In this document: one piece after another, positions 1 through 11,190 of the stretch
Layout: every line of letters begins with the position of its first letter
Position numbering within the stretch: position 1 is the stretch's first letter
Source: an uncultured delta proteobacterium
GTDB lineage: Bacteria > Desulfobacterota > Binatia > UBA9968
NCBI GenBank assembly: GCA_963840855.1
Contig: CAWJBB010000041.1
Span: 256,001-320,000 of the forward strand
Direction of reading: 5' to 3'
DNA: 64,000 nucleotides
Position numbers and translations under genes: made by a program
The notes under the pieces: model-generated
What the model saw: only the letters and a program-made list of their open reading frames with translations
Databases searched by the model: none
What the model was told of the DNA's origin: nothing

Positions 1-510
1 CAACCCGCCACCAAATGACGCCGGAAAGAACTTGCCGCGCCATTGCTCGGAGGGCAAAGGAGGGGCGACCGAGAGCACTGGGCAGGGACTCATTCGGGTG
101 ACTTTCTCGGTGATTCCCGCAGTGAATAACGTTCGCCACCCGCGCTGGCGGCGCGGCGAAAGGACTACGAGATCCGCCTTTTCTTCTGCCGCCATCGCGA
201 CAATTTGCTCGGGAACGGATCCAAACACCAGGCGTTTGTGCAGTACGGGAACTTTGTTCAGCGAAGCGCTATGCGATTCCAGGAAGCGATTCAGTTCGGT
301 CGTCGCTTGGTTGAGCATGCGGTCCAGGGGCCAGGTTCCCGTATAACCGAAGGCGTCATCGTGAAGCTCCCAGGCCGCAAATTCATTGGCGACGTGCATG
401 ATGAAGAGTCGGCCTTTGTTTTCCAGCGCCAGCCAAGCCGCATACTCAACGGCGTGCCGCGATCCTTCCGATAGATCCGTGGGCACGATAATTTTTTCAA
501 CCGGCTTCAT
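1..510 (-). CDS. Universal stress protein (Usp), running off the window start
   Basis: Not in the ORF track. Manual translation from ATG 510 gives MKPVEKIIVPTDLSEGSRHAVEYAA...LFIMHV...GSVPEQIVAMAAEEKADLVVL...GITEKVTRMSPCPVLSV, the classic Usp motifs; GGAGG RBS upstream. Confidence 0.88.
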   Translation of the reverse strand, partial: MKPVEKIIVPTDLSEGSRHAVEYAAWLALENKGRLFIMHVANEFAAWELHDDAFGYTGTWPLDRMLNQATTELNRFLESHSASLNKVPVLHKRLVFGSVPEQIVAMAAEEKADLVVLSPRRQRGWRTLFTAGITEKVTRMSPCPVLSVAPPLPSEQWRGKFFPASFGGGL

Positions 511-589
511 AAAACCTCCATTATTCTGATTTTAGAGGTATATTAGGCTTCCCATGTTATTAGCGAATGACGCGGCCGTGATGCTTCGG

Positions 590-1147
590 TTAAACTCGTG
601 GTGCCATCGAGTTTGGGTTGCCTGCGGCGAGGCCGGGAACCGGCGCGTACTCGAAGACCGGCAGTAAAAGATCGCATTTCAATATGCCACGCCTGGATTC
701 CAGGCAAATTACCAACTTCCCGCCGCCTTTATTCTTCGGCCCAAAGATACCGAGGCGGGTATCCGAGTTGTCTACTCCGACCCATTCCTCCAAACGGTAG
801 CCGACACCGGTGAAGATATCTTCGATTAACGGCTCGCTCCGTTTCAGTCCCCGTCCGGACACTCGGAGTTGCACCCAATAGGAGGGGTGCACGCCGACAA
901 AGTCATTTATGTCCTTGAGCTCGGCGCGGCGCCTGAGCAGCACTTCAACCGCCGCGTCGGGGTTGTTGCTGAGCAAGGCTTCATAAAGAAAGAGCCGGAC
1001 GAACTCTTGTAGGCTTCCGTCGCCCCAAGCAAGCTGCGAGATGCTTGGGGAGAGCATGACGAAAACGAGCGGTTTTACGCCGATACGATTCTGCGTGAAT
1101 CGAGCGATGGTTTGCTGGATTACCAATTCGAAATCGACCTTTTCCAT
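590..1147 (-). CDS. Hypothetical protein (185 aa), possibly a degenerate HATPase-like fold
   Basis: Clean ORF with AGGAGG RBS; no recognisable family motif. Confidence 0.55.
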   Translation of the reverse strand: MEKVDFELVIQQTIARFTQNRIGVKPLVFVMLSPSISQLAWGDGSLQEFVRLFLYEALLSNNPDAAVEVLLRRRAELKDINDFVGVHPSYWVQLRVSGRGLKRSEPLIEDIFTGVGYRLEEWVGVDNSDTRLGIFGPKNKGGGKLVICLESRRGILKCDLLLPVFEYAPVPGLAAGNPNSMAPRV

Positions 1148-1267
1148 AATCCCTCCTTTTGAGAGTTTTGACCTATAATGAGCCGACGTTTGTTAGTGAC
1201 AGATGAAGCAAGCATTAAATGCGGACGAAGTTTTTTGATGCAAGAACTCCAGCCGATGGAACGCGGA

Positions 1268-1304
1268 GAAAAAGACAGGGGCCCCCTTCCGAGAGGGGCC
1301 CCTG
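1268..1304 (-). terminator. Probable intrinsic terminator downstream of the PhoX-like gene
   Basis: GC stem caggggcccc...ggggcccctg followed on the minus strand by TCTTTTTC. Confidence 0.6.
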
Positions 1305-1413
1305 GGGGGACGCGAGGTCCCGCAGTGGTGGGAGAGGAGGCGCACTTTCTAATCCATCATAAAGCCGGCTGGTTGCAGCGCCGAGCGCGGCCGGCCGCTG
1401 CGCGAATGGTCAT

Positions 1414-3097
1414 CTAATCGTTGTCATCGTCATCGCGATCATGGTTTCGGCCGCCGCCAATGCGCGGATCTACGTACATCGCCAAGAGTTGCCCGCCCTC
1501 GACGAGTTCCGGATCCAGGCTGGCCTTGTGAACTTGGACATCGAGCAGAAACCAGCCCTTGCCCAGGATATGTTCCGCATCGATGAGGCCGGAGGATTCC
1601 TCGTCATTGGTTATAAACGATGAATTGTTCAAGATGGCAGGGTCGAAAAACTTTCGGGTTATGTTCGGCCACCTGGATGAATTTCGCGGCGTCGATATCG
1701 TATAGCCAGATCTTGGCGATACGGTTGTTGCCACCCGGATCCTCATCCATCAAGATGCGGCCCCGATGATCGATGGTCGACGTTGTCGAGCATGCCGTGA
1801 CCTTCGTCTCCGCGCAGCAAGATCTCTATTTTACCGCCTTTCTTCGGGCTGTTCGATGTCGTCGAAGCGAAGATGCCAGAGCCGGCAGTTTTGCGGTGAG
1901 GCTCGCCGTGGTGACGAAATAGAAGTGATTCCTGCGGCTGCGGGTCCCAGGCGCCGTCCTCGACCCGCTGCAGGCGCGCAACGCCGCCGCTGATGGACAG
2001 ACCTTCGATCTCGACCGGCGGTGAGTCCGCTCACGTCCCCCAATTCCATCAAACCGAATCTTCCTTCGCCGACGAACCCCGAGGCCAGCGTCCCTAGCCC
2101 GAAGTCGTTGCTTTCCTCGGTGACCGGCTGGCCCTTTACGGAAATCGTCAAGCCGTAGAGTTTGCCGTTGGTCAGACCGGCTTCTTCGATCGGGTGTCCG
2201 TGGCGCCTCTTCCTGCCGATATAGAAGTATACTTCGCTGGGAACGTTGCTGGTGATCTGTGGCGCTGTCAAAATGGAGCTGTCATCGAGCAGCGCTACGA
2301 TGGTTTTTTCCTGGGGATATGGGCTGGCAACGGCGTTCTCAAAGGCCATGCGTCCCAGCCGGGGCAACTCGATTGCTTCTCCTGAATGGTTGCCGGTGGC
2401 GATGCGCGCCCAGGCGCGCCCCTGTTCCGTCAACAGGTCCATTGACAACGGTGCTTGTCTCTTCACCGTTCAGATAAATGCGCTCTTTAGTCCCCAAATC
2501 TCGATAGTGGTAAGCGCCTTCCTTGGCCAAGTCGCCGGAGCAGAACCGCGACCACGTGGTCGTACCTTCGAGATACTGGTGCGTCGCGTTGTCCCAATTA
2601 AAAACGTCATTCGGTGATTCGGTGAAGTCGCTGTCCTTTGCGCACTTTGAGCGACCTCCGATCGATGGTCCAACGGGAAGACGAACGCGCCCTTTGAGCC
2701 GTGCTTTCGGACGGCGCCGACCGTGCCTGCTAATTCGTGATTCATGATAACAGTGAATTTATCCCAATCGCTGTTGAATGCGCCCAAGCCGTCCGGGATT
2801 CCCACCATGCGGTAGCCGTCGATCACGTCACCGACGGTTAGGATCGAGACCAACTTCACTCCGGGGACGCTGGGGATCATATACGGCTCGGTGGTCGTAC
2901 TCGGGCCGATACTCCCGAAGTGGCCGTCGGCCTGACGACTTGCGCGGCGTCAATATAGTCGGGCCTGCGATCAACAAGGGCGCCGTCGCCAGGGCTCCCT
3001 TGAGAAACATGCGCCGGCCCATTTTCCCCCGCGCGATTTTACCGGGGGAATCACCGGCGTCGCCGCGCACCGCCTCACTTTTCATTTTTTTCTGCAT
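1414..3097 (-). CDS. Tat-exported PhoX/DUF839-like alkaline phosphatase, split by several frameshifts
   Basis: Fragments 2828-3097 (GRRMFLKGAL Tat motif), 2470-2880 (GIPDGLGA, MNHEL), 1831-2466 (RMAFENAVA) and 1414-1746 (EESSGLID, LLDVQVH, VEGGQL) are colinear pieces of one protein. Confidence 0.7.
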
Positions 3098-3239
3098 GCT
3101 TTTCCTCCTCGTAGAATTTTATCTTTCGACGGCCGAATCAATACGCTTGATCGATGAACGGCGGGTGACGGCGATGCAAAGATTCGGTTAAGACAACAGT
3201 GGAATCTGGCAAAAATTGGCTTTATAAGTTGGATTCACT

Positions 3240-4494
3240 ATGCGCGGTTTAATCTGGAAGCTCTTGGGAGCCGATGGGCTGGCGCCGGAGTCGAGAAAAA
3301 AACTTGGCGTGGTGGCGCTCCTTTATTTCATCCAAGGCGCGCCGGCGGCGATTCTGTGGGAGCTCCTGCCGGTCTATTTCCGGATCAACGGCGTGTCGCT
3401 GCGCGCCATCGGCGGGCTGCGGCTGCTAGAGCTTCCCTATTCGTTAAAAGTGTTCTGGTCGCCGCTGGTGCACCGCTACGGTGACAGGCGCCTGTGGATG
3501 TTGGGCTGTATGCTGGGCATCGCCGCTGTATTGTTCGCCTTGCCGTGGGTCGACGTCGGCGAGGGTCGGTTGGATCGTGCTGCTGCTCATCCTGGCGCTG
3601 ACGACTCTGTCGGCAACCCAGGACGTCGCCATCGATTCCTATTCCGTCGGATTGGTGCGGCGCGAGGAGGAGGGCGCCGCCAATGGCGTGCGCGCTTCGG
3701 CTTATCGGGTGGCATTGGTGTTCGCCGGAGGCGGGTTGGTTTTTCTTGCCGCCGTGTTGGAGTGGAACGCGCTGTTTATTATAGCGGGAGTCGTCTTCGC
3801 GTTGCTCGGCATCGCGACGCTGGCAGTGCCACGTTTGAATTTACCGGAACAGGCGCGCGCCCACTGGTTGCAAGGATTTTGGCAATGGGCGGGCACATGG
3901 CGCATCATACCGCTGGTGCTTTTTGTGCTGACTTACAAGCTCGGCGAATTCGCCATCGGCCCGATGGTCAAGCCGTTCTGGGTCGATTACGGCAAGAACA
4001 TCTGGCCCGCGCAGGAAGATTTGATGTTTCAGATCGGACTTTTCCCCACTACCTTCGGCATCGCACTGAGCGTCGTCGGCGCCTTGATGGGCGGGGCGTT
4101 CATCTCGCGCTACGGCATTTTTCGCAGCGTCTGGTTCCTGGGCTTGCTCCAGGCCGTGTCCAACCTCGGCTATTCTTTCGTCCAGTGGCTGGACCTTGGC
4201 CGTTACGGCCTTTATGGCGCGTCGATGTTCGAGTCGCTGAGCGGCGGTCTGGGCACGGCGGCATTTTTGGCTTTCTTGATGAATGTTTGCCAGAAGGAAC
4301 ATGCCACGGTGCAATATGCGTTTCTGTCTTCGATTTTTTCTCTTACCGGCCGGCTGATCGGCGCCATCAGCGGACTCGGAGCGGAGCGCTACGGCTACGG
4401 CAACTATTTCGCTTTGACTTTCTTGTTATCGATGCCGGCCTATTTGCTTTTGCCGTGGGTCAGAGCGTGGATTCAAGAGGACCGCCGTTCCTGA
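3240..4494 (+). CDS. AmpG-like MFS permease, frameshift near 3560
   Basis: LYFIQG, LPYSLKVFWSPLV in the first frame; SATQDVAIDSY and HATVQYAFLSS in the second frame. Confidence 0.82.
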
Positions 4495-5464
4495 GGTGAT
4501 GCTTTACTTTCCATTTTTCCAGCTCGCGCAGGAGCAGTTTCCAACCGGCGATTTCTCGCTGCGGTCGCACCAGAGTAGCGGCCCGCTCGCAGGCTCGTTT
4601 CAGCGATTGATAGAACGCATGATCGTATTCGGCGCGCAAGAATAACTCGGCGAGCGCCATCGTGTCGCCGACGGGAAAATAGCCGGGATACTCCTTGCCC
4701 AGGGTACCTATCAAGCCGGGTATTTTTGACGCAATGACGGGCACCGACGAAGCCAGCGCTTCGGACAAAACATTGGAGCTTCCTTCCATGCGTGACGTGA
4801 TCGCCAGCAAGTGGCTGCGCGCGAGCACGCGGCGGGTCATCCAATAGGGCAGCTCGCCGACCCAACTGTAGCGCGGGTTGGTAGAGGCCTCGGCTTGGGC
4901 CTGTTTACCGAGAGCCGAGTCTAACGCCTTGCCGACATGCAACACTTCGAGACTGGAAAAGCCAGGGATCTCGCGTGCCGCCAGTGCCGCGCGCATCGGG
5001 TCCTTCTCCTCGCGCAGATGGCCGATGACGCAGACTCTGAAGGGTTTGGCTTTCTTCGGCGCTGAGATTTTGTGGGGATCGGCAGATTGGTAAATGATGC
5101 GGGTCTTGGCGTGATAATGCTTAGGCAATTCAGTGAGAGCCTGTTTTTGCAGCGCAATAAGGCGAGTAGCGAGCTTTAATGAATATTGTGCTTCAGCATC
5201 GCCGTGAATATCCCGGTAGACGTCGGTGCCCGTCAAAACGACGACCAGAGGCAGGTCTGGATGAAGCTCGTGGAACGTCAGAATCGATTTGTGACTGCGC
5301 CGGGCATGGAGCGCGACCATTAAATCACAGGACGCGCCGGAGTAGCGTTGGACGACGTCGACTTTATGGCCCAGGCCGCGCAAGATGCGCGACCAGCGCA
5401 CTGCTGTGATCTTATTGCCATTGTTCAAACGCAATGGCGCGGGCGTGACGAGTTGTATTTTCAC
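4460..5464 (-). CDS. senB: Selenosugar synthase SenB (glycosyltransferase)
   Basis: VTPAP..NNGNKITAVRW, ALHARRS, VLTGTDVYRD, GHLREEKDP, SRMEGSSNV; directly downstream of the EgtB homolog. Confidence 0.88.
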   Translation of the reverse strand: MKIQLVTPAPLRLNNGNKITAVRWSRILRGLGHKVDVVQRYSGASCDLMVALHARRSHKSILTFHELHPDLPLVVVLTGTDVYRDIHGDAEAQYSLKLATRLIALQKQALTELPKHYHAKTRIIYQSADPHKISAPKKAKPFRVCVIGHLREEKDPMRAALAAREIPGFSSLEVLHVGKALDSALGKQAQAEASTNPRYSWVGELPYWMTRRVLARSHLLAITSRMEGSSNVLSEALASSVPVIASKIPGLIGTLGKEYPGYFPVGDTMALAELFLRAEYDHAFYQSLKRACERAATLVRPQREIAGWKLLLRELEKWKVKHHLRNGGPLESTL

Positions 5465-5473
5465 GGTTTCCAG

Positions 5474-6880
5474 CTATCTCGCGCAAGTTCGAAATCCGGC
5501 CCAGACGTCGCGGCGGTCCGGGGTGTAAAAATTTCTCCAGGTGTTGCGGATGAGCAGCAGAGAAGTTGCCCAGCAGCCGCCACGCAGAACTTTATGAGTA
5601 CCGAACCACGGCTTCGAGTATTCCTTATAAGGATCTACCGTAAACCCCGGATAGGGCAGAAAATCGTCTGCTGTCCACTCCCAAACGTTGCCGATCATCT
5701 GGCGGCAGCCAAAAGCGCTGTCGCCGGCCTCATGGGCGCCGACATCGACGAGACCGCCGGCGCGCCAATCCAAGTTGGCGCGTTCCTCCGTGGACGGACT
5801 GTCGCCCCAGGGAAAATGGCGCCGTCGCGCACTGAGCGAGTTGCGCGCCTCAATGGGTTCACCCGACGCGGCCACTTCCCACTCCGCTTCCGTCGGCAGG
5901 CGGCGTCCAGCCCAGTTGCAATAGGCGTCGGCCTCGAACCAACTGACGTGAACCACCGGAAGATTTTCCTGCAGCGGCACCTGCTGATTGAAAACTCTCT
6001 GTTGCCAGGCGCCGTCGGCCGCTTTCCGCCAGTAGATCGGGTGTTCAAGTTTTTCTTTAAATTCTGATATCTCGGTTTTTTCGTCGAGCGCTTGATTGAA
6101 AAACTTCGCCAATGATCGCTCAAGCTGGGGCGCGCCGCCGGTCTCAAGCCAGCGCCAGCCTTCTCGGTTCCAATATTGTCTTTTGCGATACCCGCCGTCC
6201 TCGACGAAGGCGAGATATTCCCCGTTGGTCACCGCCGCCCGGGCGATATGGAAGGGTTTGATATCGACTTGATGCGCCCATTTCTCGTTGTCGAACACGA
6301 ATGGAAACTCCGGCGTGGCGCCGACGAGAAATGTCCCGCCGGGAATTTTCACGTCGCCGCGGCAAGGGCCGCCGCCGGACTTTGGCATTATTTCATGGTC
6401 GGCCAATCGCGGCGCCGGATAACCAAGTGTCTGGCGCGTATAGGCCAGGGCTTCGGCGTGCATCGCCTCGTGAAAGCTGACGAGTAGATAAAAGTAAAGT
6501 GTATCTTTAGAAATCTTGTCCGACCGTTCAAGCCGTTCGATGCTCTCAGCCAGCACCGACTCCATATATCGAATGGTGGCGTCGCGCCCGGGCAGGCGCA
6601 GCTCCCAGCGCGCGTCGTGCGCAACGTCGGTGGAGTTGTAGAGCTGGTCGCCGTTTTCCAGCAGTGGTTTTCGTTTATATAAGTGGCGCAGCGTCCAGAA
6701 CTCCTGTGTCCACGCGACATGGCCGATTTCCCATAGGGGCGGATTGACGATGGATAGGCGCGGCCCGATCATCTGGCGATCGTCAAGATCTTCGACGAGA
6801 GCAAGTGTGCGGTCGCGAAATGCGCGCATAACGCCGATGATCTCGCGAGAATTCAATTGGGCGGGACACATACTAGCCAC
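5474..6880 (-). CDS. senA: Selenoneine synthase SenA (EgtB-like DinB + FGE-sulfatase domains)
   Basis: VNPPLWEIGHVAW, FHEAMHAEA iron ligands, FVFDNEKWAH, RLPTEAEWE, GNVWEW; 9 bp upstream of senB. Confidence 0.88.
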   Translation of the reverse strand: MASMCPAQLNSREIIGVMRAFRDRTLALVEDLDDRQMIGPRLSIVNPPLWEIGHVAWTQEFWTLRHLYKRKPLLENGDQLYNSTDVAHDARWELRLPGRDATIRYMESVLAESIERLERSDKISKDTLYFYLLVSFHEAMHAEALAYTRQTLGYPAPRLADHEIMPKSGGGPCRGDVKIPGGTFLVGATPEFPFVFDNEKWAHQVDIKPFHIARAAVTNGEYLAFVEDGGYRKRQYWNREGWRWLETGGAPQLERSLAKFFNQALDEKTEISEFKEKLEHPIYWRKAADGAWQQRVFNQQVPLQENLPVVHVSWFEADAYCNWAGRRLPTEAEWEVAASGEPIEARNSLSARRRHFPWGDSPSTEERANLDWRAGGLVDVGAHEAGDSAFGCRQMIGNVWEWTADDFLPYPGFTVDPYKEYSKPWFGTHKVLRGGCWATSLLLIRNTWRNFYTPDRRDVWAGFRTCAR

Positions 6881-7109
6881 AGCAAATACTTATGACAGTG
6901 TAGGGGATGACTCAATGACAAGTAGGTTCAAAGTTCAAGGCTTGCCCCCGTTCGGCGCTTTGAACCTTAAACGTTGAACTTTGAACTTGCATCAATTCGG
7001 CAGAAATTTCGCCGCCAACTTGTGGAACTGGTTTGCTTGCTCCTTAGGGATTGTAATCTCTAGCTCTTCATTTAGCGCAAATCCCGCCGCCTGACAATCC
7101 GAAAGGAGG

Positions 7110-8247
7110 CTAGCGCGAAGCTACGGCCATAAGACCTTGCCACGGCTTTAACTCCCGCGCCCATTTTTTTTGGCGGTTTTTTGCGATGTAATCGCAGGCC
7201 AACCGGAGTCGGGCGCGCCCATAAGGCGATAAGCGCAGCGACTGCCTGGTCTTCTTGGCCCGCTGGTGAGCATCGCAGAATTCGCGCATGGCACGCCAAT
7301 GGGGTAGAGCGGCCGCGCCAAAGCGGCGCTTGACGCCTGCGCGCCAGCTTGTTTCGGGATTGTATATCTGCGGTTTGGCGGCGTAGTCAAGACAGGTTGC
7401 CAGAGGCAGAAAACTCAATTCTTCCTGGAGCAAAGGATTGTTGAGGTAGCCATAGACGATTTGCGGCAAGCGCGGGTCGCGGCCCGTGAGCGGCCCGATG
7501 TGCAACTCATCGCGCATCGATAAATCGTTGACGGGATAGTTATCCCAGAGAATGAGCGGATGGCGGACGCGCTTTGCGATAGATAGCACATGGGCCAACG
7601 TGATATTTTTTGGCACAACCGCCGGCCCGGTCCACAGGCAGGCCACGTCGGCCGGCAAGTGTTTCGGCGAGGTTCTCAAGAAAATCGGGCTCGAAGGAGC
7701 CGAATACCCGCGCAAGCAGCGGGTCGGGGCTGTAATACGACGGGCAAACCCACCATTCAACCCCGCTCCACGGGCGAGGTTGGGCGGCGATAATTTTTGC
7801 CAGCCATTCGCCTTCGGCGCGGGCCAGACTATTCTTAAAACGCCTTCGGTCCACCGCGTGCTCAAGGCGCGATGATATGTCGTCGAACAGCACGGCAAAA
7901 GTTCGTACGCCGGCAGCGTAAAAGCGCGTGGCTTTGGCGAGCAGGATTTTTACCGGTTCATCGGCGGAAAAGCATAATCCTTTGCCGGGGTGAAATCCGT
8001 AAACAAAATCGATCTTGCTTCGCCTCGCGGCGCGGATCAATTGTAACAGCGCATGCCAACGTTTTCTGGGATAGGGAGCTGTCCAGCGCTCGCGGTGGTA
8101 GGGATCATCCTTCGGCGCATAGAGATAAGTATTCATGCCGCCCCTCGCGCCAAATGCAAACAGCGCTTTGCGCTGCGCCATGCTCCAGGGCGGGCCGAAA
8201 AAACCTTCCACGACGCCGTGGCGCCGAAATGTCTGGATCTTCGCCAT
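7110..8247 (-). CDS. GH84 beta-N-acetylglucosaminidase (O-GlcNAcase-like), frameshift near 7650
   Basis: GVVEGFFGPPWS, YLYAPKDDPYHR, FAVLFDDI (catalytic DD), then WTGPAVVP and LWDNYPVND in the second frame. Confidence 0.85.
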
Positions 8248-8425
8248 GAGCGTTCTTAATGTGGCACAGGGGTGTTATGGTGACAAGGTTCAGTATCGCC
8301 TGGCGAGGTCCACTGCGGCGACGGAATATATTCAAGTTGTCAACGTCCGGCGCGCCATTTTACCCATGGGCGGTCGTTTGAGGGGGGCAAAGGGCGGCAA
8401 GCGCCACGGAAAAGTCGAGGATATT

Positions 8426-8842
8426 TTATGATATGGAGATACGGGGGGGGTCAGTTAGTTTGTCCCGTAATACTGTCGTAACGTGAAGTTTGGCTGCGTG
8501 CCTGCCGGGTTTGCTTCCGACCACGGTGTAAGCTGTGGGTGTTATGAGGTTGATAACGAGATTTACTCCCTGTGTTGACTGAAAGCCAAAAGGTGCGATT
8601 TCCGCCGGTGTCGTGGGGTAGACATATCTCACCCCATAGTAGCTCTCCATCGCCATGGCGGCATTTTTGACGTCTGATTTCATTTGAGTGTCGACTCCGC
8701 TCCTCCGATAGGAAATATACTGAGGAATTCCGATAGCTGCTAAAATCCCTATTATGGCCACCACGACGAGCAGCTCGATGAGCGTGAAGCCCTGTTTGTT
8801 GGCAATGAGATTTATTTTGGTTGGCGCGCCTGTGTTTTCCAT
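8426..8842 (-). CDS. Type IV pilin-like protein (C-terminus probably frameshifted)
   Basis: QGFTLIELLVVVAIIGILAAIGIP prepilin cleavage/methylation motif. Confidence 0.9.
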   Translation of the reverse strand: MENTGAPTKINLIANKQGFTLIELLVVVAIIGILAAIGIPQYISYRRSGVDTQMKSDVKNAAMAMESYYGVRYVYPTTPAEIAPFGFQSTQGVNLVINLITPTAYTVVGSKPGRHAAKLHVTTVLRDKLTDPPRISIS

Positions 8843-9233
8843 AAGTATGAACCTACGACTAAATATTTTAACGTTTTAACCCAATCACGTATCCTACGGT
8901 GTTGGTTAAATAAGAATTCTTTACCGATCTACGCCAATTATGGTCTTTTCTGGTAATTGATGTCGTCATTTTCCGCATCTAGAATTACATCTACTAATAT
9001 GCAGATGTCGGGCCAATATCAATTTACGGCAAGTCTATGCGGCCGTGGTGGGCCGATTACAAGAAATACCCCTGGAATAAGGAGGTATAGTCACAATTTG
9101 CGGCTGCCGCGAGCCGGATTTTGGCAATCTCGTTCTGCGGGCAAAAAGCGGCATAACATTTCCCTTGCGACCAAAAAGCCGTTTGCGTAGGATACCGACT
9201 GTTTCGCCAACGCTAGGCTAAAATTTTCTGAAG

Positions 9234-10037
9234 ATGCATATGTTCAATCGCGTTTGCTCAGTGTTCTTCACCTTGTGTATCCCGCTGACTGTATTTGCCG
9301 CGTCGGATACTAAGTTCCTGGCCGATATGATACTCGTCCCAACGGGGCCGTTCATTATGGGTGGCAACGCCGGACCAGAGGATGAACGGCCGCAGCATCG
9401 AGTCGCCCTCAGAGAATACCTAATCGACCGAAATAAGGTCACCAATGCCCAATTTGCCGGGTTCATTAATGCAAGGGGCACCCACGCAGCCGACGGCCAG
9501 CGCTGGTATGACACCGACGACAATGACGCGCGCATACACCGGCGAAACGGGCGATGGAGCGCCGATCCCGGCCATGAAAATGACCCGGTTGTGGAAGCGT
9601 CTTGGCATGGCGCTCGGGCGTACTGCGAATGGCTGGGAAAAAGACTGCCGACGGAAGCGGAGTGGGAAAAAGCAGCGCGTGGCACCGATGGCCGGAAGTT
9701 TCCCTGGGGCAATGAGCCGCCGGATAAAACCCGCGCCCATTTCGGCGGCGGTTGGAACGAACTTAAACCGGCGGGGAGTCTCCCCAATGGCGCGAGCCCC
9801 TTCGGCGTCCTCGACATGGCTGGCAACGGTTGGGAGTGGGTGAGCAGCGCGTATTTACCGTATCCCTACAACTCAAAGGACGGTAGAGAGGATTTGAACC
9901 GCGACGTGGTGCGCGGCACCCGCGGCGGCGGCCACGATTCTCGGCCCGACGAATTAACGGCCACACATCGCGGGCGCCAGGTCTCACGCAATCCGCGCGG
10001 CGGGCATCATAACATTAGTTTTCGTTGCGCCCGATAA
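9234..10037 (+). CDS. Exported FGE-sulfatase (SUMF1/EgtB/PvdO family) domain protein
   Basis: Signal-like N-terminus, FIMG, DERPQH, RLPTEAEWEKAARG, DMAGNGWEW, SFRCAR. Confidence 0.85.
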   Translation: MHMFNRVCSVFFTLCIPLTVFAASDTKFLADMILVPTGPFIMGGNAGPEDERPQHRVALREYLIDRNKVTNAQFAGFINARGTHAADGQRWYDTDDNDARIHRRNGRWSADPGHENDPVVEASWHGARAYCEWLGKRLPTEAEWEKAARGTDGRKFPWGNEPPDKTRAHFGGGWNELKPAGSLPNGASPFGVLDMAGNGWEWVSSAYLPYPYNSKDGREDLNRDVVRGTRGGGHDSRPDELTATHRGRQVSRNPRGGHHNISFRCAR

Positions 10038-10055
10038 CCGCTGGGCGTTTGGCCT

Positions 10056-10700
10056 ATGCAAGTTTATCTATTCATACAAGGAATGCTCATAGGCTTCATC
10101 GTCGCCATTCCCGTTGGACCATTGGGGCTTCTTTGCATCAACCGGGCACTTGCCATGGGTGCGCTGTGTGGGCTCTTCTCCGGTTTTGGTGTCGCTACTG
10201 CGGACGCCCTGGCGGCGGGTATCACGGCCTTGGGTATCACTCTGATATCGGCGTTTCTCATCGAGCATCAGGAGGCGCTGCGCCTTGTGGGTGGAATTTT
10301 ACTTTGTTATGTAGGCTACAAAATCTATCGGACGCGGCCCATTGCTCAACTACCGCCGAGCAACGTCACCGGTTTGTTCAGTGCATACGCGACAGCTTTC
10401 TTGCTGACTCTCTCCAATCCGGTGACGATTCTCTCGTTTGTGGCGATTTACGCCGGGTGGGGTGTGCAGAGCTTGCGCGAGCATTATCTAAGCGCGGCCA
10501 TCCTTACTCTTGGTGTTTTTGCCGGCTCGGCGCTCTGGTGGGTTCTGGTGTTCAGCGCCATGTCGCTTTTTCGCGACGCCTTTAGTGAGCGGGTCATGGC
10601 TATGATTCACAAGGTTTCGGGAACGATTATCGCCGGGTTCGGCTTGATCGTGTTGCTCAGCCTGTCGCCGCTGCGAGCCGCATTGGGCATTCATTTCTGA
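10056..10700 (+). CDS. LysE family translocator
   Basis: IAIPVGP, GVATAD and LTLSNPVTI motifs; hydrophobic. Confidence 0.88.
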   Translation: MQVYLFIQGMLIGFIVAIPVGPLGLLCINRALAMGALCGLFSGFGVATADALAAGITALGITLISAFLIEHQEALRLVGGILLCYVGYKIYRTRPIAQLPPSNVTGLFSAYATAFLLTLSNPVTILSFVAIYAGWGVQSLREHYLSAAILTLGVFAGSALWWVLVFSAMSLFRDAFSERVMAMIHKVSGTIIAGFGLIVLLSLSPLRAALGIHF

Positions 10701-10727
10701 TGGCCGGCGATCGAAACATGACCCATA

Positions 10728-11066
10728 GGCGAATATTGGCCGTTGTTTTTGGCCGTGCTCGGAACCCACGGCCTTTTCATTTCTTTTCTCGACAACGTTT
10801 ATCACTACCGCACCCCGGTCAACGATATTTTCTACGACAGCAATCTCTGGCTGCCCGGCCCCTGCGCCAAACTGCTGCTTAATTTCAACTTGCACGGCAT
10901 CCACCACCAGAATCCCGCCGTGCCGTGGAACCGCTTGCCGTTGGTGTTTTACGAGGGAGCCGAAATATATCACGGTAACTACTTCGCCGCCGCCCCGCGC
11001 CAGCTGAACGGGCCGGTGGCGCTGCAGGACCTGACCGTGGTGCAGCGAACCAAATTCGTAGTTTGA
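10728..11066 (+). pseudogene. C-terminal fragment of a membrane fatty-acid desaturase
   Basis: DNVYHY and NLHGIHHQNPAVPWNRLP (last His box) present; N-terminal His boxes absent and an in-frame stop lies just upstream. Confidence 0.65.
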
Positions 11067-11190
11067 TGAGTCGCGTAAGGGCAATTTCAACTTTGAACCT
11101 TGAACGTTGAACTTTGAACGGCACGCGCGGTGCTGGGGTTGACAGGCGCGCTGCGTTTGGAGCAAATATGGCTCAACAAAGGAGGTTTCT

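Noticed and set aside
4460-10037. Selenocysteine recoding near the sen genes
   Set aside because: No in-frame TGA splitting a recognisable protein was seen; SECIS elements were not searched computationally.
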